From contig JBHLPZ010000002.1 in the NCBI GenBank assembly GCA_048885325.1, positions 1-60,795 of the forward strand: a DNA stretch of 60,795 bases, read 5' to 3'. The notes below the pieces were generated by a model, which was given only the letters and a program-made list of their open reading frames with translations, searched no databases and was not told where the DNA came from. The DNA is from Candidatus Odinarchaeota archaeon (GTDB taxonomy: Archaea > Asgardarchaeota > Lokiarchaeia > Sigyniarchaeales > SOKP01). This document shows, one piece after another, positions 1-9,828 of this stretch; within the stretch, counting starts at the first letter, position 1; each line of letters begins with the position of its first letter. The translations under genes and the position numbers were made by a program.

Positions 1-3000
1 CCGCCTTGTAAACAACTCATAATATTAGGTTCCATTCCGTATTCATGGACTTTATAAAGTCGTACGGCTTCAATTCCATTATTGTTTAGAGCTACTTTTG
101 TATCTTCAGTTGCAAATATGGTAAATCCTAACTCCCTAATTTTTTTAGCTAAGGGTATAACCTGTTTTTTTAATTGTTCTCCACCGACCGAGATTAAAAT
201 ATTTCCCCCTTCAATAGGTATTTCTTGTTCTGTTGCTTCTAAAGCTTTTATTAGTGCTTCGGGGAAATCCTTACCCATACAGGCTATCTCCCCTGTGGAA
301 GCCATTTCAACGCCTAAAATAGGATCTGCTTTATCTAATCTCATAAAAGAGAACATAGGAGCTTTAATAGATACAAAATTTCCGTAGGGGAGGTTTTTCA
401 ACTTATTAGGAACCAAACGTCCCATGATAACTTCAGCCGCAAGTTTCATGAGATTAATTCCCCTAGTTTTAGACACATAGGGCATACTTCGACTAGATCT
501 TAAATTACATTCAATAACAAATACTTCTCCGTTTTTAACCAAGTATTGGACGTTAAAGGGCCCTTGAATTTTAAGAGCAAGCGCAATCTTATTTGTATAT
601 TCTTCAATTTTTTTAATTATATTCTCTGAAATGGTTTGAGGGGGGATTGCCATGTTTGCATCTCCAGAATGAACACCAGCGTTCTCAATATGCTCAACTA
701 TTGCTCCAATCAATACAGTTTCACCATCACAGACCCCATCACATTCAATTTCCCTCGCATTTGTAAAAAATTTTGTTATTACAACAGGATATTCTTTTGA
801 TACTGATGCGGCAAGATCAAGGGTATTTTTTAAAGTTTTTTCATCATAAGAGACTCTCATAGCAGCTCCACTTAATACATAAGAAGGTCTTACTAAGATC
901 GGATATCCTACTATTTTAGCAAAGTTTAGCGCATCTTCTTTTGTTGTTAATGCTTTCCATTCTGGTTGTCTTATACCTAATTGATCTAATAATGCACTGA
1001 ATTTACTTCTATCTTCTGCCATATCTATCCGTGTTCCATGAGTGCCAAGAATCTTCAAGTTTGTTTTCCGAAAGAATTCTGAATATTTTGCAAATTTAGC
1101 TGCTAAATTGTTAGCAATTTGACCTCCTGCTGAAACAACAATGCCCATAGCTTTTTCTAATTCACAAATATCGAGAACTCTCTCGCCAGATAATTCTTCA
1201 AAATATAATTTATCTGAGACATCATAATCAGTAGAAACCGTTTCTGGATTATAGTTTATCATAATTGCCTGATCTATACCTAATTTCTTCAAACCCCACA
1301 AACAATTTACTGATCCCCAATCAAATTCTACTGATGCCCCAATACGATATGTTCCAGAACCTAAGACAATTACTTTTTTAAGATTAGATTTATATTCTTG
1401 CTCAAAATCGATGTCATGTTCTGAAGCACTATAAGTAAGATAGAGATAATTTGTTTTTGCTGGCCATTCTGCTGCTAAAGTATCGATCCTCTTTACAAAC
1501 GGATGGATATTTAATTTTCTACGCATTTGTCTGATAAAAATAGTATCTACACCCATTATTTTAGCAATTTGACCATCTGAAAAACCAAATCTTTTAGCTC
1601 TTTCTAACCAATATTTTTTTTCATCATCACTAGATTCTAATAAACCAAGATCTTGTATTTGACGTTCAATATCAATAATATGTTTTAATTTGTAAAGAAA
1701 CCATTTATCAACTCTGGCCAAACGATATATTTCTTTCATTGAAATACCCCTTTTTATAGCCTCTCCGATTCGAAAAAGTCTTAAATCAGTAGGATTTCTT
1801 AGTTCATATTTTAATTCATTAATATCTTCAATAGGCTCCAGATCATTCGCTACAAATCCTTTCATTCCGATATCTAACATCCTTATAGCTTTTTGTAGAA
1901 CCTCTTCGAATGTCCTACCTATCGCCATTACTTCTCCAACGCTTTTCATCTGAGATCCAATTCTTCGATCTACTTTCTGGAATTTTGTCATATCCCATCT
2001 AGGGATTTTTAATACTAAATAATCCAATGCTGGTTCAAAGCAGGCTGTTGTGATATCCGTTATTTTGTTTTTTAATTCTGGTAAGGTATAACCGATTGCT
2101 AACTTAGCTGCTATGTATGCTAAAGGATATCCAGTTGCTTTTGAAGCCAGTGCTGAGGATCTAGAAAGACGGGCATTTACTTCGATCACACGAAATTCTT
2201 TAGAGAAAGAATCTAAAGCATATTGAATATTACACTCTCCAATTATTCCTAAACTTCTTATTACGCGGATAGAAGCTGAACGTAGTATATGGTATTCTTC
2301 ATTTGTTAATGTTTGAGAAGGAGCAACTACAATACTCTCTCCTGTATGAATACCCACTGGATCAAAATTTTCCATATTACAGTTGATAAAGCAATTATCA
2401 GCCGAATCTCTCACTACTTCATACTCAATTTCCTTCCAACCCCAAACAGATTCTTCAATAAGAATCTGGTTAATTCTTGATTGAGCTAAGCCCCTTCTTG
2501 CCATTCTTTCAAAATCTTTCATATTTTCGACAATTCCTGATCCTCTCCCCCCCAACGTATAAGCAACTCTAATCATGAGAGGGAACCCAAATTCTTTAGC
2601 CGCTTTAATGGCATCTTTATATGAATTAACAGCTTTACTTCTACAAACTTTAGCTTCAGCTTTAATCATTGCTTGAACAAATAAATCACGATCTTCAGTG
2701 GCTTCAATAGCTTCTATTGGAGTTCCTAATACCCTAACCTTATATTTATCTAAAAGACCTAATTCTTTTAATTCAACTCCGACATTAAGAGCCGTTTGAC
2801 CTCCAAAAGCTAATAAAATTCCATCAGGTCTTTCTTTATTAATTACTTCTTCAACATACTTTACATTGATAGGAAGTAAATATACACGATCAGATAATTC
2901 TGGGTCAGTTTGGATTGTTGCTATATTAGGATTAATCAAAATAGTCTCAATTCCTTCTTCTTTTAGAGCTTTTAGCACTTGACTGCCAGAGTAATCAAAT

Positions 3001-3074
3001 TCTCCTGCTTGACCAATACGTATACCTCCAGAACCAAGAACCAACGCTTTTTTTATTGTTCCATCTAAGGGCAT
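1..3074 (-). CDS. carB: carbamoyl-phosphate synthase large subunit; the C-terminal end runs off the window start
   Basis: My translation from the ATG at 3074-3072 gives MPLDGTIKKALVLGSGGIRIGQAGEFDYSGSQVLKALKEEGIETILINPNIATIQTD. The frame stays open to position 1, which explains the missing ORF-track entry. An MGS-like tail GFTIFATEDTKVALNNNGIEAVRLYKVHE lies near 60-150. The start is 2 nt after the carA stop. Confidence 0.9.
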   Translation of the reverse strand, partial: MPLDGTIKKALVLGSGGIRIGQAGEFDYSGSQVLKALKEEGIETILINPNIATIQTDPELSDRVYLLPINVKYVEEVINKERPDGILLAFGGQTALNVGVELKELGLLDKYKVRVLGTPIEAIEATEDRDLFVQAMIKAEAKVCRSKAVNSYKDAIKAAKEFGFPLMIRVAYTLGGRGSGIVENMKDFERMARRGLAQSRINQILIEESVWGWKEIEYEVVRDSADNCFINCNMENFDPVGIHTGESIVVAPSQTLTNEEYHILRSASIRVIRSLGIIGECNIQYALDSFSKEFRVIEVNARLSRSSALASKATGYPLAYIAAKLAIGYTLPELKNKITDITTACFEPALDYLVLKIPRWDMTKFQKVDRRIGSQMKSVGEVMAIGRTFEEVLQKAIRMLDIGMKGFVANDLEPIEDINELKYELRNPTDLRLFRIGEAIKRGISMKEIYRLARVDKWFLYKLKHIIDIERQIQDLGLLESSDDEKKYWLERAKRFGFSDGQIAKIMGVDTIFIRQMRRKLNIHPFVKRIDTLAAEWPAKTNYLYLTYSASEHDIDFEQEYKSNLKKVIVLGSGTYRIGASVEFDWGSVNCLWGLKKLGIDQAIMINYNPETVSTDYDVSDKLYFEELSGERVLDICELEKAMGIVVSAGGQIANNLAAKFAKYSEFFRKTNLKILGTHGTRIDMAEDRSKFSALLDQLGIRQPEWKALTTKEDALNFAKIVGYPILVRPSYVLSGAAMRVSYDEKTLKNTLDLAASVSKEYPVVITKFFTNAREIECDGVCDGETVLIGAIVEHIENAGVHSGDANMAIPPQTISENIIKKIEEYTNKIALALKIQGPFNVQYLVKNGEVFVIECNLRSSRSMPYVSKTRGINLMKLAAEVIMGRLVPNKLKNLPYGNFVSIKAPMFSFMRLDKADPILGVEMASTGEIACMGKDFPEALIKALEATEQEIPIEGGNILISVGGEQLKKQVIPLAKKIRELGFTIFATEDTKVALNNNGIEAVRLYKVHEYGMEPNIMSCLQG

Positions 3075-3076
3075 TT

Positions 3077-4210
3077 TTATAACCCCAAAAGTTCAATAAA
3101 TTTATCAAATAAATATTGAGAATCTAAAGGCCCTGGTGAAGCTTCTGGATGGAATTGGACAGCAAAAATGGGTTTATCTTCAGAAATTAAACCTTCATTT
3201 GAATTATCATCGATATTTTCAAGAAATCCTTTAAAACCCCCATTTTCAAAATCTCTAATACAAAACCCATGATTTTGTGAAGTTATATAACATTTTTTTG
3301 TATTAAGATTAATAACGGTCTTATTACCACCCCGATGCCCATATTTTAGTTTATAAGAAGATCCACCTGCAGCTAAACCAATAATCTGATGACCTAGGCA
3401 TATACCCATAGTGGGAATTGCATTTTTAATTAATTTTTGAGCCACTTCAATCGCATTTCTATAAATGGCTGGATCTCCGGGACCATTTGAAATTAATACT
3501 CCATCTGGGTTAAATTCCATAATATCTTCATAGGTATAGTTATATGGAACTAGAATTACAATTATTCTCCTTTTTACAAGATTTCTGAGTATATTATTTT
3601 TTACACCTAAATCTAATACTACTACTTTTCCTTTAGGATTAGATGGAGTAAAATATTTTGTTTCTTTCGTTGAAACTTCACTTGCTAAGTGCCTAAGGTT
3701 AGGATCTTCTATTTTTTTAACATTTTCTTTTAATTCTTCAATATTTGGGATTTCCCCCGGATTAAAAACAGCAAGTAAACCAATTTGTACTCCTTCTTCT
3801 CTTAAAATTTTAGTAATTGCTCTTGTATCAACCCATTCTATTCCAGGAATATCTTCTTCCAGAAGAAATTCATTAAGAGTTTTAATACTTTTATAATGAC
3901 TTGGACTTTTACAGCATTCATTTACTACAAAGCCACTTACTTTAATTGAATCTGACTCAAAATATTTATAAATGTTATATATATCTTTTTCCCAAGCAGG
4001 AACTCCATAATTACCAACTAAAGGATGCGTCATTACAACTATTTGACCCTTGTATGATGGATCTGTAAGAGTTTCATTATATCCTGCTCCTGTTATTGTA
4101 GTAAATACAATTTCTCCTCCTATTTTTTTTGTCGCTCCGAAACCAATCCCTTGAAAATAGCGACCATCTTGAAGCATTAATATAGCAGGTCTTTCTTTTT
4201 TATAAAGCAT
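3077..4210 (-). CDS. carA: carbamoyl-phosphate synthase small (glutamine amidotransferase) subunit
   Basis: 377 aa. It has the N-terminal CPSase small-chain region (DGRYFQGIGFGA, LTDPSYKGQIV) and a class-I GATase with the GICLGHQ nucleophile elbow and FHPE. It lies directly upstream of carB. Confidence 0.9.
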   Translation of the reverse strand: MLYKKERPAILMLQDGRYFQGIGFGATKKIGGEIVFTTITGAGYNETLTDPSYKGQIVVMTHPLVGNYGVPAWEKDIYNIYKYFESDSIKVSGFVVNECCKSPSHYKSIKTLNEFLLEEDIPGIEWVDTRAITKILREEGVQIGLLAVFNPGEIPNIEELKENVKKIEDPNLRHLASEVSTKETKYFTPSNPKGKVVVLDLGVKNNILRNLVKRRIIVILVPYNYTYEDIMEFNPDGVLISNGPGDPAIYRNAIEVAQKLIKNAIPTMGICLGHQIIGLAAGGSSYKLKYGHRGGNKTVINLNTKKCYITSQNHGFCIRDFENGGFKGFLENIDDNSNEGLISEDKPIFAVQFHPEASPGPLDSQYLFDKFIELLGL

Positions 4211-4409
4211 TGACTCTTTTGTAAGGTACTTCTTTATTCTCTTTAAAATAAAGATAGCTAATCCTTTTTTTTAAGATTATTTATTAACTAGTTAAATAAA
4301 GTGTAATATAGATAGAACTGTTTTACAATTTGATATATAAATGCTATAGTTTTAAAAAATTCATATTTGGTGTTTCCTATAGCTTGAATAAGAAACCTTG
4401 AAGAAAACT

Positions 4410-4419
4410 AAAAAAAAAA
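4410..4419 (-). terminator. oligo-T tract (T10 on the minus strand) downstream of the Fe-S subunit gene
   Basis: An A10 run on the plus strand about 19 nt past the stop at 4438. Archaeal terminators are typically oligo-T. Confidence 0.4.
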
Positions 4420-4437
4420 GATTAATTAATAAAAATT

Positions 4438-4995
4438 CTATTTATTTTTTGGCTTAAAAACAATTGAGGGTTTAGTTCTCTGAGAATAAGTGAAGTTATC
4501 GGCATTTATGATCTTTCCATATTTTGATTCCAACTCTTTCAATATACCCGAATCTAACGCTCTTGTGCGACAAGTTTCAATACATACAGGTAACTTGCCT
4601 TCTAAATGTCTGTCCAAACAGAAGTTGCATTTTTGCATTTTTGCTCCTTTTTCAGGCCCAAATTGAGGGGCATCATACGGGCATGCTTTTAAACACTTTG
4701 AATCACATTCTTCATTACCTAAACATTTATCACTATCAACAAGAACAATTCCATCTTCTTCTCTTTTAATGATTGCCTTCACAGGACATACTGACATACA
4801 AACTGGATCTTCACAATGAAAACAAGGATTAATAAGATAGCTTACAAATACATTAGGAAATTTTCCTTTCTCATTATAAAGAATTCTCATCCATTTTTCT
4901 GAACCAGCGGGAATATCATGCCAATCTTTACACGCTATAACGCATGCAGAACATCCAATGCATCTAGTTTGATCAAAATAAAAACCAAATTGCAT
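4438..4995 (-). CDS. 4Fe-4S ferredoxin-type electron-transfer subunit of a DMSO-reductase-family oxidoreductase (DmsB-like)
   Basis: Multiple CxxCxxCxxxC-type motifs are present (CIGCSACVIAC, CFHCEDPVCMSVCP, CLGNEECDSKCLKACP, CNFC..C). I prefer the ATG at 4995 (MQFGFYFDQTRC), which sits 4 nt after the alpha-subunit stop and follows a G-rich SD. The track start at 5028 would overlap the alpha gene. Confidence 0.8.
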   Translation of the reverse strand: MQFGFYFDQTRCIGCSACVIACKDWHDIPAGSEKWMRILYNEKGKFPNVFVSYLINPCFHCEDPVCMSVCPVKAIIKREEDGIVLVDSDKCLGNEECDSKCLKACPYDAPQFGPEKGAKMQKCNFCLDRHLEGKLPVCIETCRTRALDSGILKELESKYGKIINADNFTYSQRTKPSIVFKPKNK

Positions 4996-4999
4996 AATA

Positions 5000-7237
5000 T
5001 TAGCCCCCTTTAAATTTTTTAAATTCAACTAAACATGAGTTTAAGGCAGATGCACCACCGGGAGAATATGCATCTTTTGTTAAAATATTAACACATCCAC
5101 CTCTATCAATACCATTATTATCCGGATCGTACCATGATCCTTCAGAAATACTAATTACTCCAGGAATTATTCTTTCTGTTAACCATGCTTTAATTGTGAG
5201 TTTTCCTCTATCATTGAATACTAGTATTTCATCTCCATCTTTCACTTCTCTTGCCTCAGCGTCAATAGGGTTAATCCATGCTACATGATCTTCAACTTCT
5301 TTAAGCCATTGAACTAAATATAATTCTGAATGAACCCTATTTTTAGGATGTGGTGATATTAACTGTATAGGGTACTTTTCATTTAAGGGATCATATCGCC
5401 CTTCCCATCTTTCCATGTATTTAGGAATTGGAGGATTTTCAGGATCATTTAAATCTGCAATTCTTTGAGAAAAAATTTCAATCTTGCCAGAAGGAGTACT
5501 AAATGGTTTATTTTCAATATCTTCAATCTGTTCCTTAAATGCAATATAAGGTTCTTCGAGTTTAAGACGATATATTCCATCCTTCCTGAAACTGCTTATA
5601 TCTCGTATATTTTTCCTAGTATCTTCCCGTAATTTTATTAAAAATTTTAAAGCCTTTTTCTCATCTGGATATTTTTCAAATTCTACTAATCCAAGCTTAT
5701 CTGCTAATTCTTCAGCGATTCTTAAATCAGACTTGCATTCTCCAATAGGGTTAATTACTTGGTTCGCACATAGAAAGTATGGACCAGAGGGCCAAGGTCT
5801 TACTAAATCGCTTTTCTCAGCTATACTAGTAACAGGAAGAATTATATCAGCATATCTTGCTGTTGGTGTAAGCCATAAATCAGCTATGACCATGTAATCA
5901 AGTTTTTTCAGGGCTTCTGCAGATTTATTAGTATTTCCCAGTTGGTTTAAAAAGTTATTATTCACAAACCATGCAAATTTGACATCAAAAGGATATCCTC
6001 CCTCTTTGCCTTTTAATATAGCATCAAATATTTTATTTGTATGGCATCTTGACTGAAATCTAAGTTTTAAATCTAAAGAACCTCGAACTGATTTTAATCC
6101 TGTTTCAACTGGATTTCTGTAAGGAGGAGGTATTCTAGAAGCAAAAAACATATGACCATAAGGGATTCCCATTAATCCTCCTGCAGCACTTCCTCCATGT
6201 TTACCTACATTTCCGGTCATTGCAGTTAAAGTCATAGCACATCTATTATATAGTTCTCCTACAGCACTTCGTGCAGGACCTTGGCAATCCATCAATGCAG
6301 CAGGTTTAGTTCTAGCATACTCACGAGCAAGATCAGTAATTGTTTCTGCCGACACAGAGGTAATTTTCTCTGCCCATTCAGGAGTTTTAGGTATTCTATC
6401 TTCGTTGCCCATAAGATAATCTTTGAATTTCTCAAATCCCACGGTATATTTATCTAAAAATTCTTGATCATAAAGGTTTTCTTTGATCATAACATAAGCC
6501 ATAGCAATCATCATCGCTGTATCTGTACCAGGTATAATCGGGATCCATTGATCTGCTAAAACCACGGCAGAATCACTATATCTTGGATCAATACATATGA
6601 TTTTTATTCCCTTCTCTTTAGCCTTAATTAAGTTAAATATTGTATCTGTACCAGAGATCATTCTTGCTGGATCCCACCCCCACATGATAATCAGCTTAGA
6701 ATTTAGTAAATCTGTCCGACTGTGTCCAACAAAGGGAGAAGTATACTGAGTCTGTGTTGCATAGACTGCTCCTTCAGAAGACACATTACCATAATGAGTT
6801 GAGTATCCCCCAAATTGAGTTAAAAGCCTTATCATCGCGAACATCCCATCATGATAAGCGCCTTGATAACCACCACCCATAGCTAAGAATATACTTGAAT
6901 TTCCATACTTTTCTTTAACTTCTTTAAGTTTTTCGGCAATCTCAGTTAATGCATCATCCCACGAAATACGTTTGAATTTACCAAGTCCTTTTGGGCCATC
7001 TCTCTTTAAAGGATACTTTAAACGTTCTGGATGATATACATATTGTCTAAAAGCCCTACATCTTAAACAAGTTCTAAGTTGCTCATCTTTTTCTTCATAA
7101 TCATCTCCTTCTACTCTAATAATCTTACCTTCTTTAATATAGATTTTAAGAGGACACCTTCCTCCACAATCGAACGTAGATGTAGTGCGGACAATCTTAA
7201 TATCTTCTTCACTTATACTTTTTTCTTGATTTTCCAT
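5000..7237 (-). CDS. molybdopterin (bis-MGD) oxidoreductase catalytic subunit, DMSO reductase family; no Tat signal
   Basis: 745 aa with an N-terminal Fe-S motif FDCGGRCPLK...TCLRC. Molybdopterin oxidoreductase core segments (IDPRYSDSA, PGTDTAMM) and a C-terminal dinucleotide-binding barrel (AWINPIDA, GDEILVFNDRG) are present. The N-terminus MENQEKSISEED has no twin-arginine motif. Confidence 0.8.
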   Translation of the reverse strand: MENQEKSISEEDIKIVRTTSTFDCGGRCPLKIYIKEGKIIRVEGDDYEEKDEQLRTCLRCRAFRQYVYHPERLKYPLKRDGPKGLGKFKRISWDDALTEIAEKLKEVKEKYGNSSIFLAMGGGYQGAYHDGMFAMIRLLTQFGGYSTHYGNVSSEGAVYATQTQYTSPFVGHSRTDLLNSKLIIMWGWDPARMISGTDTIFNLIKAKEKGIKIICIDPRYSDSAVVLADQWIPIIPGTDTAMMIAMAYVMIKENLYDQEFLDKYTVGFEKFKDYLMGNEDRIPKTPEWAEKITSVSAETITDLAREYARTKPAALMDCQGPARSAVGELYNRCAMTLTAMTGNVGKHGGSAAGGLMGIPYGHMFFASRIPPPYRNPVETGLKSVRGSLDLKLRFQSRCHTNKIFDAILKGKEGGYPFDVKFAWFVNNNFLNQLGNTNKSAEALKKLDYMVIADLWLTPTARYADIILPVTSIAEKSDLVRPWPSGPYFLCANQVINPIGECKSDLRIAEELADKLGLVEFEKYPDEKKALKFLIKLREDTRKNIRDISSFRKDGIYRLKLEEPYIAFKEQIEDIENKPFSTPSGKIEIFSQRIADLNDPENPPIPKYMERWEGRYDPLNEKYPIQLISPHPKNRVHSELYLVQWLKEVEDHVAWINPIDAEAREVKDGDEILVFNDRGKLTIKAWLTERIIPGVISISEGSWYDPDNNGIDRGGCVNILTKDAYSPGGASALNSCLVEFKKFKGG

Positions 7238-7346
7238 TAAATTTTCTCCCTAAACATCAATAATTTATATTCTATTACTAAAAAAAATCAGAATTGATAA
7301 TTTACACTTCTTTTTTATCTTTTTTTAATAACTGTTTCTGTTTTTG

Positions 7347-8387
7347 TTATTTTAGCATCGAATAATTGTTTTGAATTGCAGTTTCTGCTTCTTTCATTAT
7401 TCTTTCAATAATATCTTTAACATCGTCTATACTATCAATAATTCCAATAGATTGTCCAAGTAATACTGCACCAGTTTGAGTATCTCCATTATAAACTCTA
7501 TCATATGCTCCTAAATCACGTTCTCTTTGCTCATTAGTTATAGATTGTTCATATTTTATCATTTCCTCTTTAGAACTTGGCGCTGGATGTGATAACGCAT
7601 ATTCATTTCTATATAAGCGAATAGGTCCAAATGCCCCTGTGAAAAGTCCTGTATCTTGTGGTGTTCCTGGTGGAATTAATGATTTATACTTTTCATGAAA
7701 TTCGCTTTGTTTTGATGCAATAAATCGCGAGCCCATAGCTATTGCTCCTGCACCTAAAGAAAGTGCTGCTGCCAATGCCTCTCCCGTAGCAAATCCTCCA
7801 CATGCTATTTTGGGTAAATTAGGGAAAGTTTTATTAATTTGCTGCAACAAGACGAGCGTTGTAACTCGTTCATAGGATTGATGACCTCCTCCTTCAGTAC
7901 CAGTAACCACTAACCCATCCACACCAGCATCTACGCATTTCTGCGCAAGCCATACGGCAGGTGCTACATGAAAATGTTTAACTTCCGAATTTTCCCTTAA
8001 TTTTTGGAATGATTTAGACATAGGCAGAATTTTTGAAGAACCTGCAGAAGTTAGCCAATATTTACATTGTTCCCTCATTTTTGGATTTTCCATTACTATT
8101 TTGGGTAATTCACTTACCATTTCTTGAACTCCTGGATTATTACGAGATGTAAGAATATTGAGACCAAAAGGTTTATCTGTGTGTTCGATCATATATTTCA
8201 CACTTGAAATATGTTCTTCAACGGGATCTGTTCCCACTATGTTAACATTTGATAAAACTCCTAAACCACCAGCTTCGCATACCGCAAGAGCTAAATCTCG
8301 TGTAAAAAAGGGTCCCATAGGGGCATTAAATATAGGATATTTTATCCCAAACATTTTAGTTATATTTGTTTCTATCATTTTTTTCAT
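7347..8387 (-). CDS. nitronate monooxygenase / FabK-like FMN oxidoreductase (NMO family)
   Basis: 346 aa. FGIKYPIFNAPMGPF and GGLGVL at the N-terminus, and GTEGGGH plus AGAIAMGSRF later, are typical NMO/2-nitropropane dioxygenase TIM-barrel motifs. Confidence 0.7.
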   Translation of the reverse strand: MKKMIETNITKMFGIKYPIFNAPMGPFFTRDLALAVCEAGGLGVLSNVNIVGTDPVEEHISSVKYMIEHTDKPFGLNILTSRNNPGVQEMVSELPKIVMENPKMREQCKYWLTSAGSSKILPMSKSFQKLRENSEVKHFHVAPAVWLAQKCVDAGVDGLVVTGTEGGGHQSYERVTTLVLLQQINKTFPNLPKIACGGFATGEALAAALSLGAGAIAMGSRFIASKQSEFHEKYKSLIPPGTPQDTGLFTGAFGPIRLYRNEYALSHPAPSSKEEMIKYEQSITNEQRERDLGAYDRVYNGDTQTGAVLLGQSIGIIDSIDDVKDIIERIMKEAETAIQNNYSMLK

Positions 8388-8438
8388 CTTTTTAAATTTT
8401 AAAACAAAATTTTATTTGAAATATTAAAAAAATATATT

Positions 8439-9611
8439 CTACAAATATTCTACAAATTTGCCAGATTTAAATAAATCACAAGGTTTTAAATAAGATTTGT
8501 TTAATTTTTCAGCAGTTTCTTCTAAGAGTTTAGCCAATTGTTTGTAATTCTTAGCGGCATATTCCATTGGTCCTAGAAAATTCATGCCTGCTAAGATTGC
8601 TTCATCGATTTCTTTCCAGCTCGTTACAACTCCTTCTTCTAGGATTCTACATCCTTCATTAGCATTAATCGCATTAAAAATATCCTGATTAACGAGTCCT
8701 GCCTTTTTAGAGAGATCAGGTTGAGGTCTTCCCTTTGACCAATCATAGAATCCTTGTCCAGTTTTTTTCCCTAAAGTTCCCTTTTCTATTTGCATGGTTA
8801 AAACTTTGCCAGGTTTATAATCTGATGAAAGTTTTTCGCCATAGTAAAGTTGACCGTGATAAGATATATCTCGCCCTGTAAAATCTGATAATGTTAAAAA
8901 AGACATTGGACTATTTGGTCCAGTTAGATCTGCATCTACTTGTTCCCAAGGAATACCCTTCTCATAAGCTAAATCAATAATGTAATTAAAATAAATACTA
9001 CGTGGCGAAAGTACACGATTAACAATAAAACCTGGACGATCCTTTAGTACACGAGCAACATATCTTTCTCCTCTCAAGCATGGTAGTGATTTCGAAACTT
9101 CAACTCCTATATCCATAGATTCATCAGAACTCTTTTCACCCTTAATTACTTCAATGAGGCGCATTAATGGAGCTGGATTAAAAAAATGCATTCCAATTAC
9201 ATTTTCAGGCTTATTACATTTCTCAGCAATCTCAGTAATACTCATTGTAGAAGTGTTCGAAGCAAAAATACAATGATCAGGAGAATTTTCAATAACTTCT
9301 TTACAGAGATTTTGTTTTATATCTAATTTTTCTACAACTGCTTCAATTACAAAATCTGCATCCTTAACAGCTTCAATGATATCTCTAGATGTTTTTAATT
9401 TTGCTAAATAATCTGTCGCACTGAAGCCTTCAGGCAACTTGCCTTTTGATTCCAACTTCTCAAATCCAGCTTTTATGTAATCCAAACCTTTTTCAATAAT
9501 ATCATCACTTATATCAACTGCTGTGACATCGTAACCTGCCATTAAACAAACTTGGGCAATACCTTTACCCATATCGCCAAAACCAAGCATAACAATATGC
9601 TGAACATTCAA
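8439..9611 (-). CDS. 3-hydroxyacyl-CoA (3-hydroxybutyryl-CoA) dehydrogenase
   Basis: 390 aa. It has an N-terminal Rossmann motif GFGDMGKGIA, the 3HCDH core NTSTMSITEIA and HFFNPAPLMRLIE, and a C-terminal 3HCDH_C domain. Confidence 0.85.
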   Translation of the reverse strand: MNVQHIVMLGFGDMGKGIAQVCLMAGYDVTAVDISDDIIEKGLDYIKAGFEKLESKGKLPEGFSATDYLAKLKTSRDIIEAVKDADFVIEAVVEKLDIKQNLCKEVIENSPDHCIFASNTSTMSITEIAEKCNKPENVIGMHFFNPAPLMRLIEVIKGEKSSDESMDIGVEVSKSLPCLRGERYVARVLKDRPGFIVNRVLSPRSIYFNYIIDLAYEKGIPWEQVDADLTGPNSPMSFLTLSDFTGRDISYHGQLYYGEKLSSDYKPGKVLTMQIEKGTLGKKTGQGFYDWSKGRPQPDLSKKAGLVNQDIFNAINANEGCRILEEGVVTSWKEIDEAILAGMNFLGPMEYAAKNYKQLAKLLEETAEKLNKSYLKPCDLFKSGKFVEYL

Positions 9612-9828
9612 TATTTATTTCGACTTCAGTTTTTTTTTTTAATATAAGTTATAAGTATACATTACACTTTAATAAGGTTTAACAGAATCCACTTAAGGTT
9701 TAATTTAGGGGAAATTAAATAGGATATATGCTTAAATTTTTCTTAAATATTAAAAAATTAATTTTAAAAAATTAATAAGTAGCTTAAGATTGTACAATTT
9801 AATTCAAAATAGAAGGTGAATATAAAAA

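Noticed and set aside
82-387. This plus-strand ORF and about 30 similar 60-146 aa track ORFs lie antisense to, or out of frame within, long well-supported genes. Examples are 4524-4769, 8158-8427, 11041-11268, 15250-15504, 17134-17379, 19525-20133, 23857-24159, 26997-28544, 29380-29592, 39856-40296, 40762-41029, 41684-42079, 43496-43714, 46774-47022, 49022-49294, 51419-52438 and 55246-55939.
   Set aside because: They are shadow ORFs, expected in an AT-rich genome. Their translations are low-complexity and motif-free, and each is fully nested in a gene with clear family signatures.
4996-5028. The ATG at 5028 as the start of the Fe-S subunit, overlapping the alpha subunit by 29 nt.
   Set aside because: The internal ATG at 4995 gives the family-typical MQFGFYFDQTRCIGC start. 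It lies 4 nt after the alpha stop and has a G-rich SD.
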